A DNA stretch of 64,000 bases from Candidatus Heimdallarchaeota archaeon (lineage in GTDB: Archaea; Asgardarchaeota; Heimdallarchaeia; Heimdallarchaeales; Heimdallarchaeaceae), in the NCBI GenBank assembly GCA_021399345.1, contig JAAFKI010000051.1, forward strand, positions 1 through 64,000, written 5' to 3'. Positions 27,130-38,423 of the stretch are shown piece after piece. Every line of letters begins with the position of its first letter. The stretch's first letter is position 1. The notes below the pieces were generated by a model that saw only the letters and a list, made by a program, of their open reading frames with translations, was not told the origin of the DNA and ran no database searches. The position numbers were made by a program, and so were the translations under genes.

Positions 27130-30100
27130 ATGAGCTATATTAACAATTTAATGCAAAAAACCTTCAAAAGGAGATTAGGAAAGAACATAGGAACTTTGGT
27201 AGCTATAGCTCTTGGTGTATCTCTAATGGTGGGAGTGCAGATTACAATTACTAGTTTTACTGCAACAGCTGTAGACTTCTTTACAGATGCTATAGGAGAA
27301 AATGATATAATAATCAGTGGATTTGGTTTACCAATTACTGATTACGAATCAATCATTGATACAATTGATAATTCTGGTATTGATTATGCTGCTATTAATG
27401 CTAGAATAACGCAAGATGTAGCCGTTTATAATCTTGTATCAGGTGATTTAGAGAAGGGTGTAAGTCTTACGGGTGTTGAATTAAATGAGGATCCAGTATT
27501 TGGTAAGTTTTATGATGAAAATGGCACGGAAATTAGAAGGCTTGATTTAATAAAACACTTTTCAAATGAATCACATGTTTTACTAGGTCCTGATCTGAAG
27601 GACGATTTGAACATTACAGTTGGGTCGAATATCAAAATAAGAATAGGAGAGTTTGATCCTATTGGACTTAAATTTGATTACAAAACTTATGATATGCAAG
27701 TAGCAGGTTTTCTCAACGATGAGGGGAAGGGGAAAGAATTAGGTGGGAGAGTAATTTGGACAAGTATCGATAATATTAGATCTATAGTAGGCTTTGCACC
27801 CAATCAGATTACAGAATTAAATATTGCATTAAGTTCTAATCACGATGAAAATCCAATTGATAATGATTATGCAATATATATAGAGGAACAATTGAAATTG
27901 ATTCTTGATGCAGAAAATAATGGCTTGATAATAATAGCCTTTAGAGCTTTACTTCTAGAAATAACAGATGAAGTTTTAGCTGATGTTCTACTAGCTTTCA
28001 ATCTTTTTGGAGCATTAATAATATTTTCAGGAATTTTACTCCTGGTAAATATTCAACTTATACAAGTAGAGGATAGAATCCAACAACTGGGAATCTTAAG
28101 AGCAGTTGGAGCTAGACGGAGAGAGATTGTAAGATTATTTATGGTAGAATCAACACTTTTTGGTTTGATTGGTTCTCTTTTAGGAGTTGGGGGAGGATAC
28201 GGAATGTCAATTTTCTTAGTAAATCGCATAGGTAAAACATTCTTTGATGGAGCAATTGGTTTAAGGCCCACAGTAACAATAGGAGCTGTTGTCTATTCGA
28301 TTGTCCTTGGACTAATTCTAGCTGTAGGTGCAGGTGTATTTCCTGCTATAAGAGCAGCTAGAATAGATGTAATAGAGGTAATTAGAGGAATAAAGAAAGT
28401 AGGTAGAAAGAGAACAGGAAAAATTACTCTAGGGCTTGGATTAGCTTCTCTTCTAGGTGGAATTGGTATCCTTGGAGCTCAGCTTGTTAGTTATGATTCA
28501 TTTTTCACAAAAGCTGGATGGGACACTGCGATAGAACAATGGATGTTTATGGGGGCAATTGCTGCTGTGTTAATGGGTGTGAGTTTATTACTCGGATATT
28601 TATTTTCGAAGAAATTTTTAGGGAATGGTATAGGTCTTACTTTTATTGGTATAGCAATAGGCATGTTAATATTTAGTGTGCCTCAGCTAAAGGATGTTCG
28701 AGAAAATAGTAAGATTCTAGTAACTCTTGCAGTAGTTCTAGCTTTAGGATCTATTATTTGGGTAGGTGTGAATTTAAAATCAGTAACTAACTTCATCAGA
28801 ACAGTTTTGTATAGAACTCGTCTGAAAAAAGGAGTATCTTTAGTTTCAAGCAAATACATGACCTCTAAAAGTATGAGAAGCACTTTGACTTTTGGGATTT
28901 TTGCTCTTGTTTTAACAATGAATATATTTGCAGCTGTCTACCAAACAACTTATTCATACAATACATTAGAATCTGTTGAGTTTCTAAGTGGAGGAGCAAG
29001 CATATTTATTGAGTTAGACACTCCAATTACCAATGAAACGCTTGTAAACGTTGAACAAGACCTTTATGCAGTAGATGAAGCTATTACTAATGTAAAAGGA
29101 ATTAATTCAACAATTGCGATAATACAAGTAGATGAAGAAATAAGTGAGCTTGAAATCCCTACGGATATTTTACCAACATATGTTCACATGATTTACAATG
29201 ATACCTTTAAGGAAGGGGACGATTATAAATTTGACTTTATGCTTGATTCTTCTATACCTTTCTTCTTCGAAGATTACAAACCAGGAGGTTCTGAAAATTT
29301 TCAAAGAGAATATAGCCATCAAATATGGGATTTCTACTACAACCGAACTAAATTTAGCCGAAATGGAACGGAAATTGATAATGTAAATGGTCTACCTACT
29401 GTCTTAACAACAAGTCCCTTTCTATTACCGGGTAACATATTTAACATTACTAGTTTTATTGGATCCCCTGTTGAAGTGATAGTTTTAGCAAATGTTAGAC
29501 AATATCCTTTCAGTCAAGGCCAGGGTTTGCCTGCAATTCTAATAACACCAGATTTCTATCCGAAACTGATCCCAAACTTTGCACTTTATCCAAAACATAC
29601 AAGATATTTAGTTAGTACTAGTGAGGATTTCAAAAATGGACGAAACACAGAAATAGCAAGTAATATTGAAGAATTTTTCAACGGTAACGATTCTCTGCTT
29701 GTTCAAACTGAAGATTTTGTAGCAGCGTCTTCTTATGATGTTTGGGAAGTCATGTTGGAATTTGTAGATTTCCAAGTAAAAACATTTGATTTCCTACAAT
29801 ACTTTGTAGGATTTGGACTAATTGTTGGAGCTCTTGGAATGATAATCATAGCAGTTAGAAATGTAGCGGAGAGGAGAAGAGAAATTGGTATGATGAGAGC
29901 GATAGGTTACAAGAAGAGACAAATCATTGGTACGATCATGATAGAAATATTCATCCTAGCAATACTAGGTCTAGTCATGGGATTCCTAAATAGCTTGATG
30001 TTAGGGTGGGCTTTTGCTAATATCTATGACTGGAGTTTAGTTCTCCCAGGTTGGAGAATATTGATTTATACGGGGATTATGATTGGAATTGCTATTGTAG

Positions 30101-30168
30101 CATCAATAGTTCCAGGAATAAGAGCGAGTCAAATAACTCCAGCTGAAGCAATAAGATATGTAGGGTGA
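27130..30168 (+). CDS. FtsX/MacB-like ABC transporter permease (two permease repeats)
   Basis: DRIQQLGILRAVGA and ERRREIGMMRAIG motifs; large extracytoplasmic loops. Confidence 0.9.
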   Translation: MSYINNLMQKTFKRRLGKNIGTLVAIALGVSLMVGVQITITSFTATAVDFFTDAIGENDIIISGFGLPITDYESIIDTIDNSGIDYAAINARITQDVAVYNLVSGDLEKGVSLTGVELNEDPVFGKFYDENGTEIRRLDLIKHFSNESHVLLGPDLKDDLNITVGSNIKIRIGEFDPIGLKFDYKTYDMQVAGFLNDEGKGKELGGRVIWTSIDNIRSIVGFAPNQITELNIALSSNHDENPIDNDYAIYIEEQLKLILDAENNGLIIIAFRALLLEITDEVLADVLLAFNLFGALIIFSGILLLVNIQLIQVEDRIQQLGILRAVGARRREIVRLFMVESTLFGLIGSLLGVGGGYGMSIFLVNRIGKTFFDGAIGLRPTVTIGAVVYSIVLGLILAVGAGVFPAIRAARIDVIEVIRGIKKVGRKRTGKITLGLGLASLLGGIGILGAQLVSYDSFFTKAGWDTAIEQWMFMGAIAAVLMGVSLLLGYLFSKKFLGNGIGLTFIGIAIGMLIFSVPQLKDVRENSKILVTLAVVLALGSIIWVGVNLKSVTNFIRTVLYRTRLKKGVSLVSSKYMTSKSMRSTLTFGIFALVLTMNIFAAVYQTTYSYNTLESVEFLSGGASIFIELDTPITNETLVNVEQDLYAVDEAITNVKGINSTIAIIQVDEEISELEIPTDILPTYVHMIYNDTFKEGDDYKFDFMLDSSIPFFFEDYKPGGSENFQREYSHQIWDFYYNRTKFSRNGTEIDNVNGLPTVLTTSPFLLPGNIFNITSFIGSPVEVIVLANVRQYPFSQGQGLPAILITPDFYPKLIPNFALYPKHTRYLVSTSEDFKNGRNTEIASNIEEFFNGNDSLLVQTEDFVAASSYDVWEVMLEFVDFQVKTFDFLQYFVGFGLIVGALGMIIIAVRNVAERRREIGMMRAIGYKKRQIIGTIMIEIFILAILGLVMGFLNSLMLGWAFANIYDWSLVLPGWRILIYTGIMIGIAIVASIVPGIRASQITPAEAIRYVG

Positions 30169-30172
30169 TACA

Positions 30173-30877
30173 ATGAGTGAAGAAATAATACTAAAAACAA
30201 AAAACCTGCATAAGAAATATGCTGAAGGAACATCAATGGAAGTACATGCTTTAAGAGGTGTTGATATAGAGATCAAAAAAGGAGAAATGGTTGCGATCAT
30301 GGGTCCAAGCGGATGCGGCAAAACTACTCTCTTAAACCTTCTAGGTGGCATTGACCAACCTTCAGAAGGAATTATTTATATCAACAATCAAGATATAAAT
30401 CAATTAACAGATACTGAAGTAACTGAATTTAGGCTCCATAATATCGGGTATATTTTTCAGTTGTTTAATCTGTTTGAATTTCTTTCAGCTTTAGACAATA
30501 CAGCTCTGCCTTTACTATTAACTAAAATAACTAAGTTGGAAGCTGAAGAAGAAGCAAAAATGATGCTTAGACAAATGGGTCTGGGTGACAAGATTTTTCA
30601 TCTTCCAAATGAGCTAAGTGGAGGAGAGCAGCAAAGAGTAGCTGTATCAAGAGCCCTCTTGATGAATCCTGCAATTATTCTTGGTGATGAGCCAACTGGT
30701 GATTTAGACCAAGAAACTTCAACAGAAATTATGAATTTATTTGTTTCAATTAATGAAAATTACAATCAAACATTTCTTGTTGTTACTCATTCAGAACATA
30801 TAGCGAAATTTTGCCACAGAACTATCCGCATTGTAGATGGGGTGATTGTTGATGATGGGAAGAAGGTGAAAAAATGA
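30173..30877 (+). CDS. ABC ATP-binding protein (LolD/MacB family)
   Basis: GPSGCGKT, LSGGEQQR, DEPTGDLD. Confidence 0.95.
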   Translation: MSEEIILKTKNLHKKYAEGTSMEVHALRGVDIEIKKGEMVAIMGPSGCGKTTLLNLLGGIDQPSEGIIYINNQDINQLTDTEVTEFRLHNIGYIFQLFNLFEFLSALDNTALPLLLTKITKLEAEEEAKMMLRQMGLGDKIFHLPNELSGGEQQRVAVSRALLMNPAIILGDEPTGDLDQETSTEIMNLFVSINENYNQTFLVVTHSEHIAKFCHRTIRIVDGVIVDDGKKVKK

Positions 30878-32727
30878 ACGAATATGTAACTATACCAACT
30901 TATGGTACTGTGGAACTTACCCTAGGGGTTCTAATTAACAAACTAAATAGAGATTCACTTGATTTATTTACAAAAAGAGTACGTAGATATCTAAAACAAA
31001 AACTAAAAGCTATGTCAATAGATGTACTTGAGGTTAATACATTTCTTATTTTTACATGTAGTTTTCCTCTTGAAGAAGTTGAAAATGATGAACAAAGAAA
31101 AACTGTTGTCAACCAAGTTGAGAATATAATTCAAGATTATTGTAAAAAAGAATGTGGCCTCTATGCAAAACAAATCCGCAAAAATGTTGAGATTCGAGAT
31201 ATAACAAAAATGATTGTTCAATTAGTAAAAAGCTCAACTTCTGAAAAAGACAAATCTTTGTTGGAAAATATTGTGGAAATAACAGCTGATATTGATGATA
31301 GGGTTATTTATCATGTAAGTGATGTTTTGCTAAACAGCTTTATCGCCATTTGGGATTTTCCTAGAGATTATCCGGACATTATTATGTTTCCAGATTTAAT
31401 CCTAAAACGAGAAGTAAGTGATAAAAAGCAAAATATTCCTCTCAGATTAATAGCTGAAAATTTGCTTATAATGCAATTTGGAAAAGCATGTTCAAACAAT
31501 CTTAAGCCTATATTGAAATCTTTAGAAGAAGCAATATTAACACTTGAGAACTTGTTACAAGATTCTAAAAAGATTAAGAATTTAGAAGAGAATATGAGTA
31601 ATAAACTATGGAGAACCTTGAGAGTGATTTTTGGCTTGCTTTCTTCAACACAACAAGTAGTTTCAGTTCAATTAAAGCAAATCAACCGAATTGCTCAAGT
31701 AAGAAATGATCTAGTTGAAGAAGTTAGGAAACTAGACTATGCTCCATTATTGGATTATATAATGCTTCTTGATACAATTATGCAGTGTTCTGACCATATT
31801 GAACGATTGAATAATCTTCAAACACAAGTAAAACAAAATTATCAAACTTTACTTAATATCATAAATCATTTCAAAGATGTTCCTGAAAGAGAAGTTGAAG
31901 ATGTTAAAGATTTATCCTTGATATTCATCAAAACATTAGCAGAAATTCAGCTAATGAAATTTTTCTCAGATAAGTTTCGTGATTTAGCTTATTTCCAAAC
32001 TATTCCAACTAAAGTTTCTCTAGAAAAAGTAGAAAAAATAGCTATAGATTCAGATATAATTCTAAAAGGGGTTGCACTTTTCAAAACTTATCGTCTAGTT
32101 GGGTCAACAGTTTATGCTCTACGGGGAATAGATGTTGAACTTAAGAAAGGAGAAATGACTGCTTTAGTTGGACCTTCAGGATCTGGCAAGACGACATTAC
32201 TAAATCTTCTTTCAGGGTTAGATACACCAAATAGAGGAGCGGTGTTCCTTTTAGGTAGAAACATAGATACAATGACTGATGCAGAAGTCTCGATGTTTAG
32301 ACGAAGAAATATGGGATTCATTTTCCAATATTATAATCTAATTCCACAATTAACAGTTCTCGAAAATGTTATGTTACCTGCTCTGATGATAAATAGACCA
32401 AAGAAAGAAGCAAGAGCAAAGGCAATCGAATTGATTAAAGAAGTTGGATTAGAAAGATTTCAGAATCAGTTTCCAATAAAACTATCAGGCGGGCAAATGC
32501 AACGTGTAACCATAGCCCGTTCCATGATTAATGATCCAGCTGTCCTTTTTGCAGATGAACCAACAGGTGACTTAGATTCAGAAACAGGTCAGGTAGTTAT
32601 TGACTTAATAAGAAAATTTGCCAAAGAAAAGAATACAGCGGTTATATTAGTGACTCATGATTTAGAGATGGCAAAGATTTGTGACCGAATAATTGAGATG
32701 GGAGACGGAAGATTAGTTTCTAATTAA
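30874..32727 (+). CDS. ABC ATP-binding protein (LolD-like) with ~390-aa N-terminal helical domain
   Basis: C-terminal GPSGSGKT, LSGGQMQR, ADEPTGDLD; unassigned N-terminus. Confidence 0.85.
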   Translation: MNEYVTIPTYGTVELTLGVLINKLNRDSLDLFTKRVRRYLKQKLKAMSIDVLEVNTFLIFTCSFPLEEVENDEQRKTVVNQVENIIQDYCKKECGLYAKQIRKNVEIRDITKMIVQLVKSSTSEKDKSLLENIVEITADIDDRVIYHVSDVLLNSFIAIWDFPRDYPDIIMFPDLILKREVSDKKQNIPLRLIAENLLIMQFGKACSNNLKPILKSLEEAILTLENLLQDSKKIKNLEENMSNKLWRTLRVIFGLLSSTQQVVSVQLKQINRIAQVRNDLVEEVRKLDYAPLLDYIMLLDTIMQCSDHIERLNNLQTQVKQNYQTLLNIINHFKDVPEREVEDVKDLSLIFIKTLAEIQLMKFFSDKFRDLAYFQTIPTKVSLEKVEKIAIDSDIILKGVALFKTYRLVGSTVYALRGIDVELKKGEMTALVGPSGSGKTTLLNLLSGLDTPNRGAVFLLGRNIDTMTDAEVSMFRRRNMGFIFQYYNLIPQLTVLENVMLPALMINRPKKEARAKAIELIKEVGLERFQNQFPIKLSGGQMQRVTIARSMINDPAVLFADEPTGDLDSETGQVVIDLIRKFAKEKNTAVILVTHDLEMAKICDRIIEMGDGRLVSN

Positions 32728-34079
32728 ATTCGTTTTCTTTCTATTTTTTTAATTTTCTTAACCCATCTATCGAACTTTTCTGGGTTTTCTGGATAATTTT
32801 GAGACAGTTTCTTTATTTTCTCTGCAAGAAGTAAACCTTTGGCAACTTTAATGAGTAGTTTGGGTTTTCTTAAACCTTTGAATACCTTTTGTAATATAGG
32901 TAGTTTAACAGCTGTTGAGTACATTATGGAGTCTACGTCTTCTTGCGAAATAATACCTTTTTCAAAAAGAAAAGAGAAATCGCTGAAAGGAACTGAATTG
33001 AGCAGCTTGTGAACTGCTATACCTAATCCTCCATCATAACCATACTCCTTCCATATTTTGATGTTATATTTCCAGAGAAAACTCTCAGTGAAATCTTGAT
33101 TTCTTATTGCTAACTCAACAATTTCTGAAGCATAGTATGCACTCAATAACGCTGGTCCATGCCCCTCACCGCTAATTGGGTTAACAAGTGTAGCTGCATC
33201 TCCACAAGTGATGAAACCATCACAAACCATTGAATATAGAGGTAAGCGACCAGGAAGAGTGTCTCCAGCTCCGTCCAAAACTTTGGAATCCGGAAAGATT
33301 TTTTTCCGAAGTATTTCTAAAATGGTTTTGGTATTCGAATCTTTGTTATTATCGTTCAATAACCACCCAACTCCAATATTCAGCTGTTTTTCTCCTTTAG
33401 AAAAAATCCAAAAATATCCAGGAGGTGGCATCTCATCGTGATATTCTATTCTCATTTGCTTTTGATAATCATGTGGTTTGGAGGTTTCGATAATTTCTCT
33501 ATAGGATACAATGGTTTCTCTTTTGAGTAGTTTTTTTGAAAACTTATTACATACAGAATCTGGGATAGTTCTTCTAACAATACCTGTGATACCTGAACAA
33601 TCGGCTACTATCTTGGCATAGATACTGATAATATGACCATTGGATTGACGGATTTTACATCCTACTACTTTGTTTTTTTCAATTATCGTTTCAACCGCTT
33701 TATGATTTGGTTTGAAGGTTACACTTGAATAATCTGTAAGAGACTTCAGTAGTCGTTGACCATATTTTAATCTATCAATAGTCTGTGAAGTGAAATCTAT
33801 AGATAATTCGAAATCCAAAACAGGACGAAAATGTGCTGAATCAAGGTTCTCTGCAACTTCCTCACCTCTTGGTTGCATTATTCCAGAGAGCTCAAATAAT
33901 CTTCTTGTTGAATTTGGACTCAATGCATCTCCACATGGCTTGTAACCTACTTCTTTCTTTGGTTTTTGATCTATCAGTATTGTTGAGATGTTTCTTTTTC
34001 CAAGATTAATAGCCAAGCTTACTCCTGCGGGTCCTGCACCAACAATTAGTACATCAGTATCAATGTGTTGCTTCAGCAT
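32724..34079 (-). CDS. Geranylgeranyl reductase family flavoprotein
   Basis: VGAGPAG, KPCGDA, GYFWIF, GDAA..VNP.SGEG. Confidence 0.9.
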   Translation of the reverse strand: MLKQHIDTDVLIVGAGPAGVSLAINLGKRNISTILIDQKPKKEVGYKPCGDALSPNSTRRLFELSGIMQPRGEEVAENLDSAHFRPVLDFELSIDFTSQTIDRLKYGQRLLKSLTDYSSVTFKPNHKAVETIIEKNKVVGCKIRQSNGHIISIYAKIVADCSGITGIVRRTIPDSVCNKFSKKLLKRETIVSYREIIETSKPHDYQKQMRIEYHDEMPPPGYFWIFSKGEKQLNIGVGWLLNDNNKDSNTKTILEILRKKIFPDSKVLDGAGDTLPGRLPLYSMVCDGFITCGDAATLVNPISGEGHGPALLSAYYASEIVELAIRNQDFTESFLWKYNIKIWKEYGYDGGLGIAVHKLLNSVPFSDFSFLFEKGIISQEDVDSIMYSTAVKLPILQKVFKGLRKPKLLIKVAKGLLLAEKIKKLSQNYPENPEKFDRWVKKIKKIERKRI

Positions 34080-34160
34080 TAGAATGTTATTGAAATCATG
34101 AGATTAAAAATTTTTCATAACGATTAAATTTTTACAGATGAGATATCTTAAATATTCAAA

Positions 34161-34640
34161 GTGAATCCTAATTCAATAATGCAACCCAATTCTAAAATAC
34201 ATTTTTACCAAGAAATAATAAAAAAAGCTCACGATTCATTCCGTGAATTTCTTGTTCATTTACCAGAAGACATTCTTGAATGGCAAATACATGAATCTTT
34301 GAATTCTGTTAGGTGGATAATAGAGCATGTAATACATGATCAGTTGTGGATAGCTAATGTAATAATGAATAATTATGAAGAAGGTTATCATTTCGAGGAA
34401 AGCGTTGATCAATATTCTCTGGATGAACTTGTAGAGAAGTATGATGATGTTTTTATAGCGATTGAAGAGAAATTTGCAGATCTCAAAGAAGAACATCTAA
34501 ATGAAGCAAGAATGTATAAAGAATTTAGTCTCTCTGTTGAAGATTGGCTATATGAATACATTCATCATTTAAATCATCATAGCGGTGAAATTAGTTTAAT
34601 ATTAACAGCTTGGAAGAGAAAGAAGCGATCTTTACAATAA
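34161..34640 (+). CDS. DinB/YfiT family metal-binding protein
   Basis: NSVRWIIEHV and HHLNHHSGEI histidine motifs. Confidence 0.8.
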   Translation: MNPNSIMQPNSKIHFYQEIIKKAHDSFREFLVHLPEDILEWQIHESLNSVRWIIEHVIHDQLWIANVIMNNYEEGYHFEESVDQYSLDELVEKYDDVFIAIEEKFADLKEEHLNEARMYKEFSLSVEDWLYEYIHHLNHHSGEISLILTAWKRKKRSLQ

Positions 34641-34646
34641 GAACGC

Positions 34647-35531
34647 CTATAATGACTCCAACAACTCTTCTGGAAGAGCTGGTTCAATATGTATAATTAA
34701 ATCCTTGAAATCTTTATCTTGTTCTAATTCGGCTTTAACTTCTTCAGAAATCTCGTGAGCTTCAATGATTGATAGCTTTGGATTTACTAAAATATGAAAG
34801 TCTCCAGTATAGGAACCCAAAACGGACCTTAATCTAATGATATGTACTTCCTCTACATGTTCAAAAGAAAGCACTTTTTCCCTTAGTTTATCAATTATTT
34901 CCTGAGGTGGTCCTTTATCTAGTAATTCTGGTAGAGAACTCTTAGTTATTTCATAACCAGTGTACAAAATCAAACATACTATGACCAATGCAAAAGCAGG
35001 ATCTAACCACCAAACATTATATTTGACACCAAGATATGCAAACCCTACAAAAATAGAAGAAATTGCATCTGTTCTATAGTTTTTGGCATTTGCTATGTAT
35101 ACAGCAGAATTTAGCTTCTTTCCAATTGTCATCACTCCAAAGTAAAGAAGTATTTTACCTACGAAAGAAATAGCTGCAGCGACAAGAACAAATATTTCTA
35201 AATCATAAGGTGTCCCCTCTACAAGTTTGATAATTGCATTTTCAGCAATAAAGTAAGAAGAAAGAAACATAGTAGATGCAATAACTAAGCTTGATATCAT
35301 CTGAAATTTATGATGCCCAAAAGGGTGATCCTGATCTGCAGGCTTTCTGCTTCTTCTTTCTCCAACTCCTGCTATAGATGCACCCACAAGATCTAGAACT
35401 GAATCAAAACCATCAGCTATCAAACTAATTGATCCAGAAATAGTTCCAACTACTAATTTCAAAGTCATCAAAATTATATTCCCTCCAATTGAGAGAATAT
35501 TAGCAGTAGCTGCTAGTCCTATTCTTGCCAT
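34647..35531 (-). CDS. Cation diffusion facilitator transporter (FieF-like)
   Basis: SISLIADGFDS, PADQDHPFGH, WWLDP, IHIEP. Confidence 0.93.
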   Translation of the reverse strand: MARIGLAATANILSIGGNIILMTLKLVVGTISGSISLIADGFDSVLDLVGASIAGVGERRSRKPADQDHPFGHHKFQMISSLVIASTMFLSSYFIAENAIIKLVEGTPYDLEIFVLVAAAISFVGKILLYFGVMTIGKKLNSAVYIANAKNYRTDAISSIFVGFAYLGVKYNVWWLDPAFALVIVCLILYTGYEITKSSLPELLDKGPPQEIIDKLREKVLSFEHVEEVHIIRLRSVLGSYTGDFHILVNPKLSIIEAHEISEEVKAELEQDKDFKDLIIHIEPALPEELLESL

Positions 35532-35610
35532 TAGATGATAAACTCTTATGTATTCAATAAATTTTCTGTTTAGAATAAAACTACTTACTCAGACTAGAAA
35601 ATGAAAAAGA

Positions 35611-36960
35611 TTACTTACCTCCACTTACCCGAAGTGGAGAAAGTAACATCCAAGGAGCCTCATGTCCGCTACGATTTTCTGTCTCCTTACTCATATTTTC
35701 AAGTTTTTCAAATATCTCAAAAATTGTACATCCTATGACTGCATTCTTAACGGGATATTGTAGTTCTCCATCCTTGACATAAAATCCTTGATTGATCTGA
35801 GCTGAAACCTGTGGATTATCTCCTCGTGAATGAATAGAAGATGACATCAGATATATCCCTTCTTTCATATCTGTAAGTAAATCATCCTTTGAAACAGAAC
35901 CAGCTTTTATTTTCATTGTGTAAGGTGATGGTTGTGGTCTTGAAGCAAATGAACTCCTTGATGCGTGACCAGTGTTTTCTAATCCAACCAATGGAGCAGT
36001 ATAAGAATCTGTAATGTAGGTTTGCAGAATACCGTTTTCAACTAGAGTTAGTTTCTTTGGGACAACTCCTTCATCATCAAAACCTGCAGAATCTGTTCCT
36101 TCTGGAATAAATGGATCATCAGTTATAGTCAGCTTTGATGAAGCAATTGCATCACCAATTTTATCTACAAAGAAAGCCGTTCTATTAAAGACACTGAAAG
36201 CATTAATTCCACTAGAAAGTATGGGACTTATAGTTCCATAAGCACTATCTGGATCAAGTAAGATTGGTAATGATGCAGTTTCGATTTTTTGAGAACCTAA
36301 CATTTTTTTAGATCGTAATCCAGCTTCTGTTCCAATTTTGATATGGTCAAAATTTTTCATTTGGGTTGCAGCATCATAGTAATAGGCATTACCAATATCT
36401 TCTCCTTCTTGTATCTTGACGCCTAGATATCCACTTACAGAAGTTTGAGAGGCAAATCTGTCTACACCTTCGGAATTTAGAATATATCTTTCCCCTATTC
36501 CTGCATTGAAATTTCCGCTTATAATTGCATCATCTCTAACAGTTGCTTCTTGAATGGAATCAAGAATTAAATCTGTAAATTCTTCAACCGAAATATCTAC
36601 TACTGCTTCATCAAATCGACCAGAAATTGTAGGAGCTGCTTTAGGATCATAAGGTAAGGATTTGAAATTTGGATCAGGAGGACTTACTTCTGCAAGAGCA
36701 TAAGCATCCTTTACTGTTTTTTCCAGTGATTCTTCTGTAAAAATGGTTGTAGATGCCATTCCTATTGCATTATCCTTTATAACTCGAATTCCTAAACCAG
36801 AATTGCTAGTATCTGTAAAACGTCTAATAGAACCACGTTCAATCTGAATACTTTTTACAGACCCGAATATTGTGTACGCTTCAACTTGGTCTGCACCAAG
36901 GGATGTACCATATTTAATAATATATTTTGCTAGATCGTGAAGATTTTCTTCAGTTGACAT
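35611..36960 (-). CDS. pmbA: TldE/PmbA family protein
   Basis: GLGIRVI, DDP, FDDEGV, TGHASR; no HExxH; start MSTEE overlaps the tldD stop. Confidence 0.9.
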   Translation of the reverse strand: MSTEENLHDLAKYIIKYGTSLGADQVEAYTIFGSVKSIQIERGSIRRFTDTSNSGLGIRVIKDNAIGMASTTIFTEESLEKTVKDAYALAEVSPPDPNFKSLPYDPKAAPTISGRFDEAVVDISVEEFTDLILDSIQEATVRDDAIISGNFNAGIGERYILNSEGVDRFASQTSVSGYLGVKIQEGEDIGNAYYYDAATQMKNFDHIKIGTEAGLRSKKMLGSQKIETASLPILLDPDSAYGTISPILSSGINAFSVFNRTAFFVDKIGDAIASSKLTITDDPFIPEGTDSAGFDDEGVVPKKLTLVENGILQTYITDSYTAPLVGLENTGHASRSSFASRPQPSPYTMKIKAGSVSKDDLLTDMKEGIYLMSSSIHSRGDNPQVSAQINQGFYVKDGELQYPVKNAVIGCTIFEIFEKLENMSKETENRSGHEAPWMLLSPLRVSGGK

Positions 36961-38378
36961 TATTTTGACCCTCCTACGACAAGATTGGAAACAGCGAGAT
37001 TCGGGCCTCCACCGGTTACTGGGACCCATTGTCCCCCCTTTCCACAAGTACCTTCGAAGGCTGGTTCCCAAGGTTTCCCAATTGCAAAAGTGTTCTGCAG
37101 TACTTCTAATGTCATGCCCGACATACCTACGTTACCCATCATATCTGTTATTTCACCGTTTTCAATGAAGTATCCCATTTGGCAAGAGAAGTAGAACTGT
37201 CCTTTGGCAGGCATAACATACCCACCATAAGAATCCTTCAGATAGACCCCATCTTTAGCGATTTCAGCTATTTCCTCAATTTTCATCTCTCCTCCATCAA
37301 CATATGTGTTGCCCATTCGAGCTTGAGGAGTCACATTAAAATTCATCGCTCGTCCGGAACCATTTGGCTCCATTCCTAAAGCTGTTGCAGTTTCCAAAGT
37401 GTGGAAGTACTCCTTAAGGAAACCACCCTCAACAAGAACTCGTTTTCGAGCTTTGGTTCCTTCTGAATCATAAGCAAATGACCCCCTTAATCCTTTGACT
37501 GTAGGATCATCATAAACATTTATTTCTTCAATTCCGACTTTTTCACCAATCCTTCCTTCAAGAACTGATGTTTTAGCTATAATGGCATCAGCTTCGCATG
37601 CGTGGCCAAAAGCTTCATGAATGAAAACTCCTGTTAACGATGGGTCCATAACTACATTCATTTTTCCTGATGGAGGTTCCTTAGCTATTAATAGCTTTTC
37701 AGCCATAACTGCAGCTTTTAATCCTTCTTCTTCAGGATCCCATTTCTCAATCAATTCCCATCCTCCAGCTCCACCAGCAGAATCAAAAACACTTTGCATT
37801 TTTGTTCCTTCTCTTCCTATGATATTTTTCATAATTCGTATTACATGAGTTTCATTTTCAACTTTGGTCCCTTTACTATTAATAATAATCTCATTTCCAT
37901 GGGATTCTTGATAAGTTGAGGAAGATTCAGCAATTGAATCAGAATACTCTCTAGCTGCTTTTTCTGTTTTAACAACTTTTTCGAATTTGGCCTCTTTATC
38001 TACTGCTCGAGGATCTATTTCAATGGTTGTTGCTCCCTTTCCTTCAAATACCCAGCTGTCACTAATACTTCTTTCCTGTTTGGTATATTTTGAACCAGTT
38101 CGTGCCATTTTCACAGCCTTTTCAGCAGCTTGCAATATTGATTCCTTATCTGTTTTGACAATAGTTGTAAAACCCCAAGCATTGTCAATCAATGCTCTAA
38201 TGGCAATACCTCCAGTAGTTTGATTACTAACACTGTCAAATCTACCGTTTCTAACTGTGAAAGATTCTCCCATTGCGTAAGCATATCTTATGTCTAGAAA
38301 ATCTTTCGAAGAGAGAGACACCTTGTTGATTGCGTATTCTAAAATGTCCAACATACGTTCTTTCTGTTCTGATATCAT
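36960..38378 (-). CDS. tldD: TldD metalloprotease
   Basis: HEAFGHACEAD, YDSEG, RMGNTY, CGKGGQWVPV..GGP. Confidence 0.95.
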   Translation of the reverse strand: MISEQKERMLDILEYAINKVSLSSKDFLDIRYAYAMGESFTVRNGRFDSVSNQTTGGIAIRALIDNAWGFTTIVKTDKESILQAAEKAVKMARTGSKYTKQERSISDSWVFEGKGATTIEIDPRAVDKEAKFEKVVKTEKAAREYSDSIAESSSTYQESHGNEIIINSKGTKVENETHVIRIMKNIIGREGTKMQSVFDSAGGAGGWELIEKWDPEEEGLKAAVMAEKLLIAKEPPSGKMNVVMDPSLTGVFIHEAFGHACEADAIIAKTSVLEGRIGEKVGIEEINVYDDPTVKGLRGSFAYDSEGTKARKRVLVEGGFLKEYFHTLETATALGMEPNGSGRAMNFNVTPQARMGNTYVDGGEMKIEEIAEIAKDGVYLKDSYGGYVMPAKGQFYFSCQMGYFIENGEITDMMGNVGMSGMTLEVLQNTFAIGKPWEPAFEGTCGKGGQWVPVTGGGPNLAVSNLVVGGSK

Positions 38379-38423
38379 AATATAAACTTAATTGTAAAAC
38401 AATGAGGAAAAAACTAGCTAATA

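Noticed and set aside
35611-37071. Long N-terminal extensions given by the ORF caller (pmbA, lonB, ArsR, thpR, MFS, NUDIX)
   Set aside because: They overlap neighbours or promoters; downstream ATG starts fit the family N-termini better.
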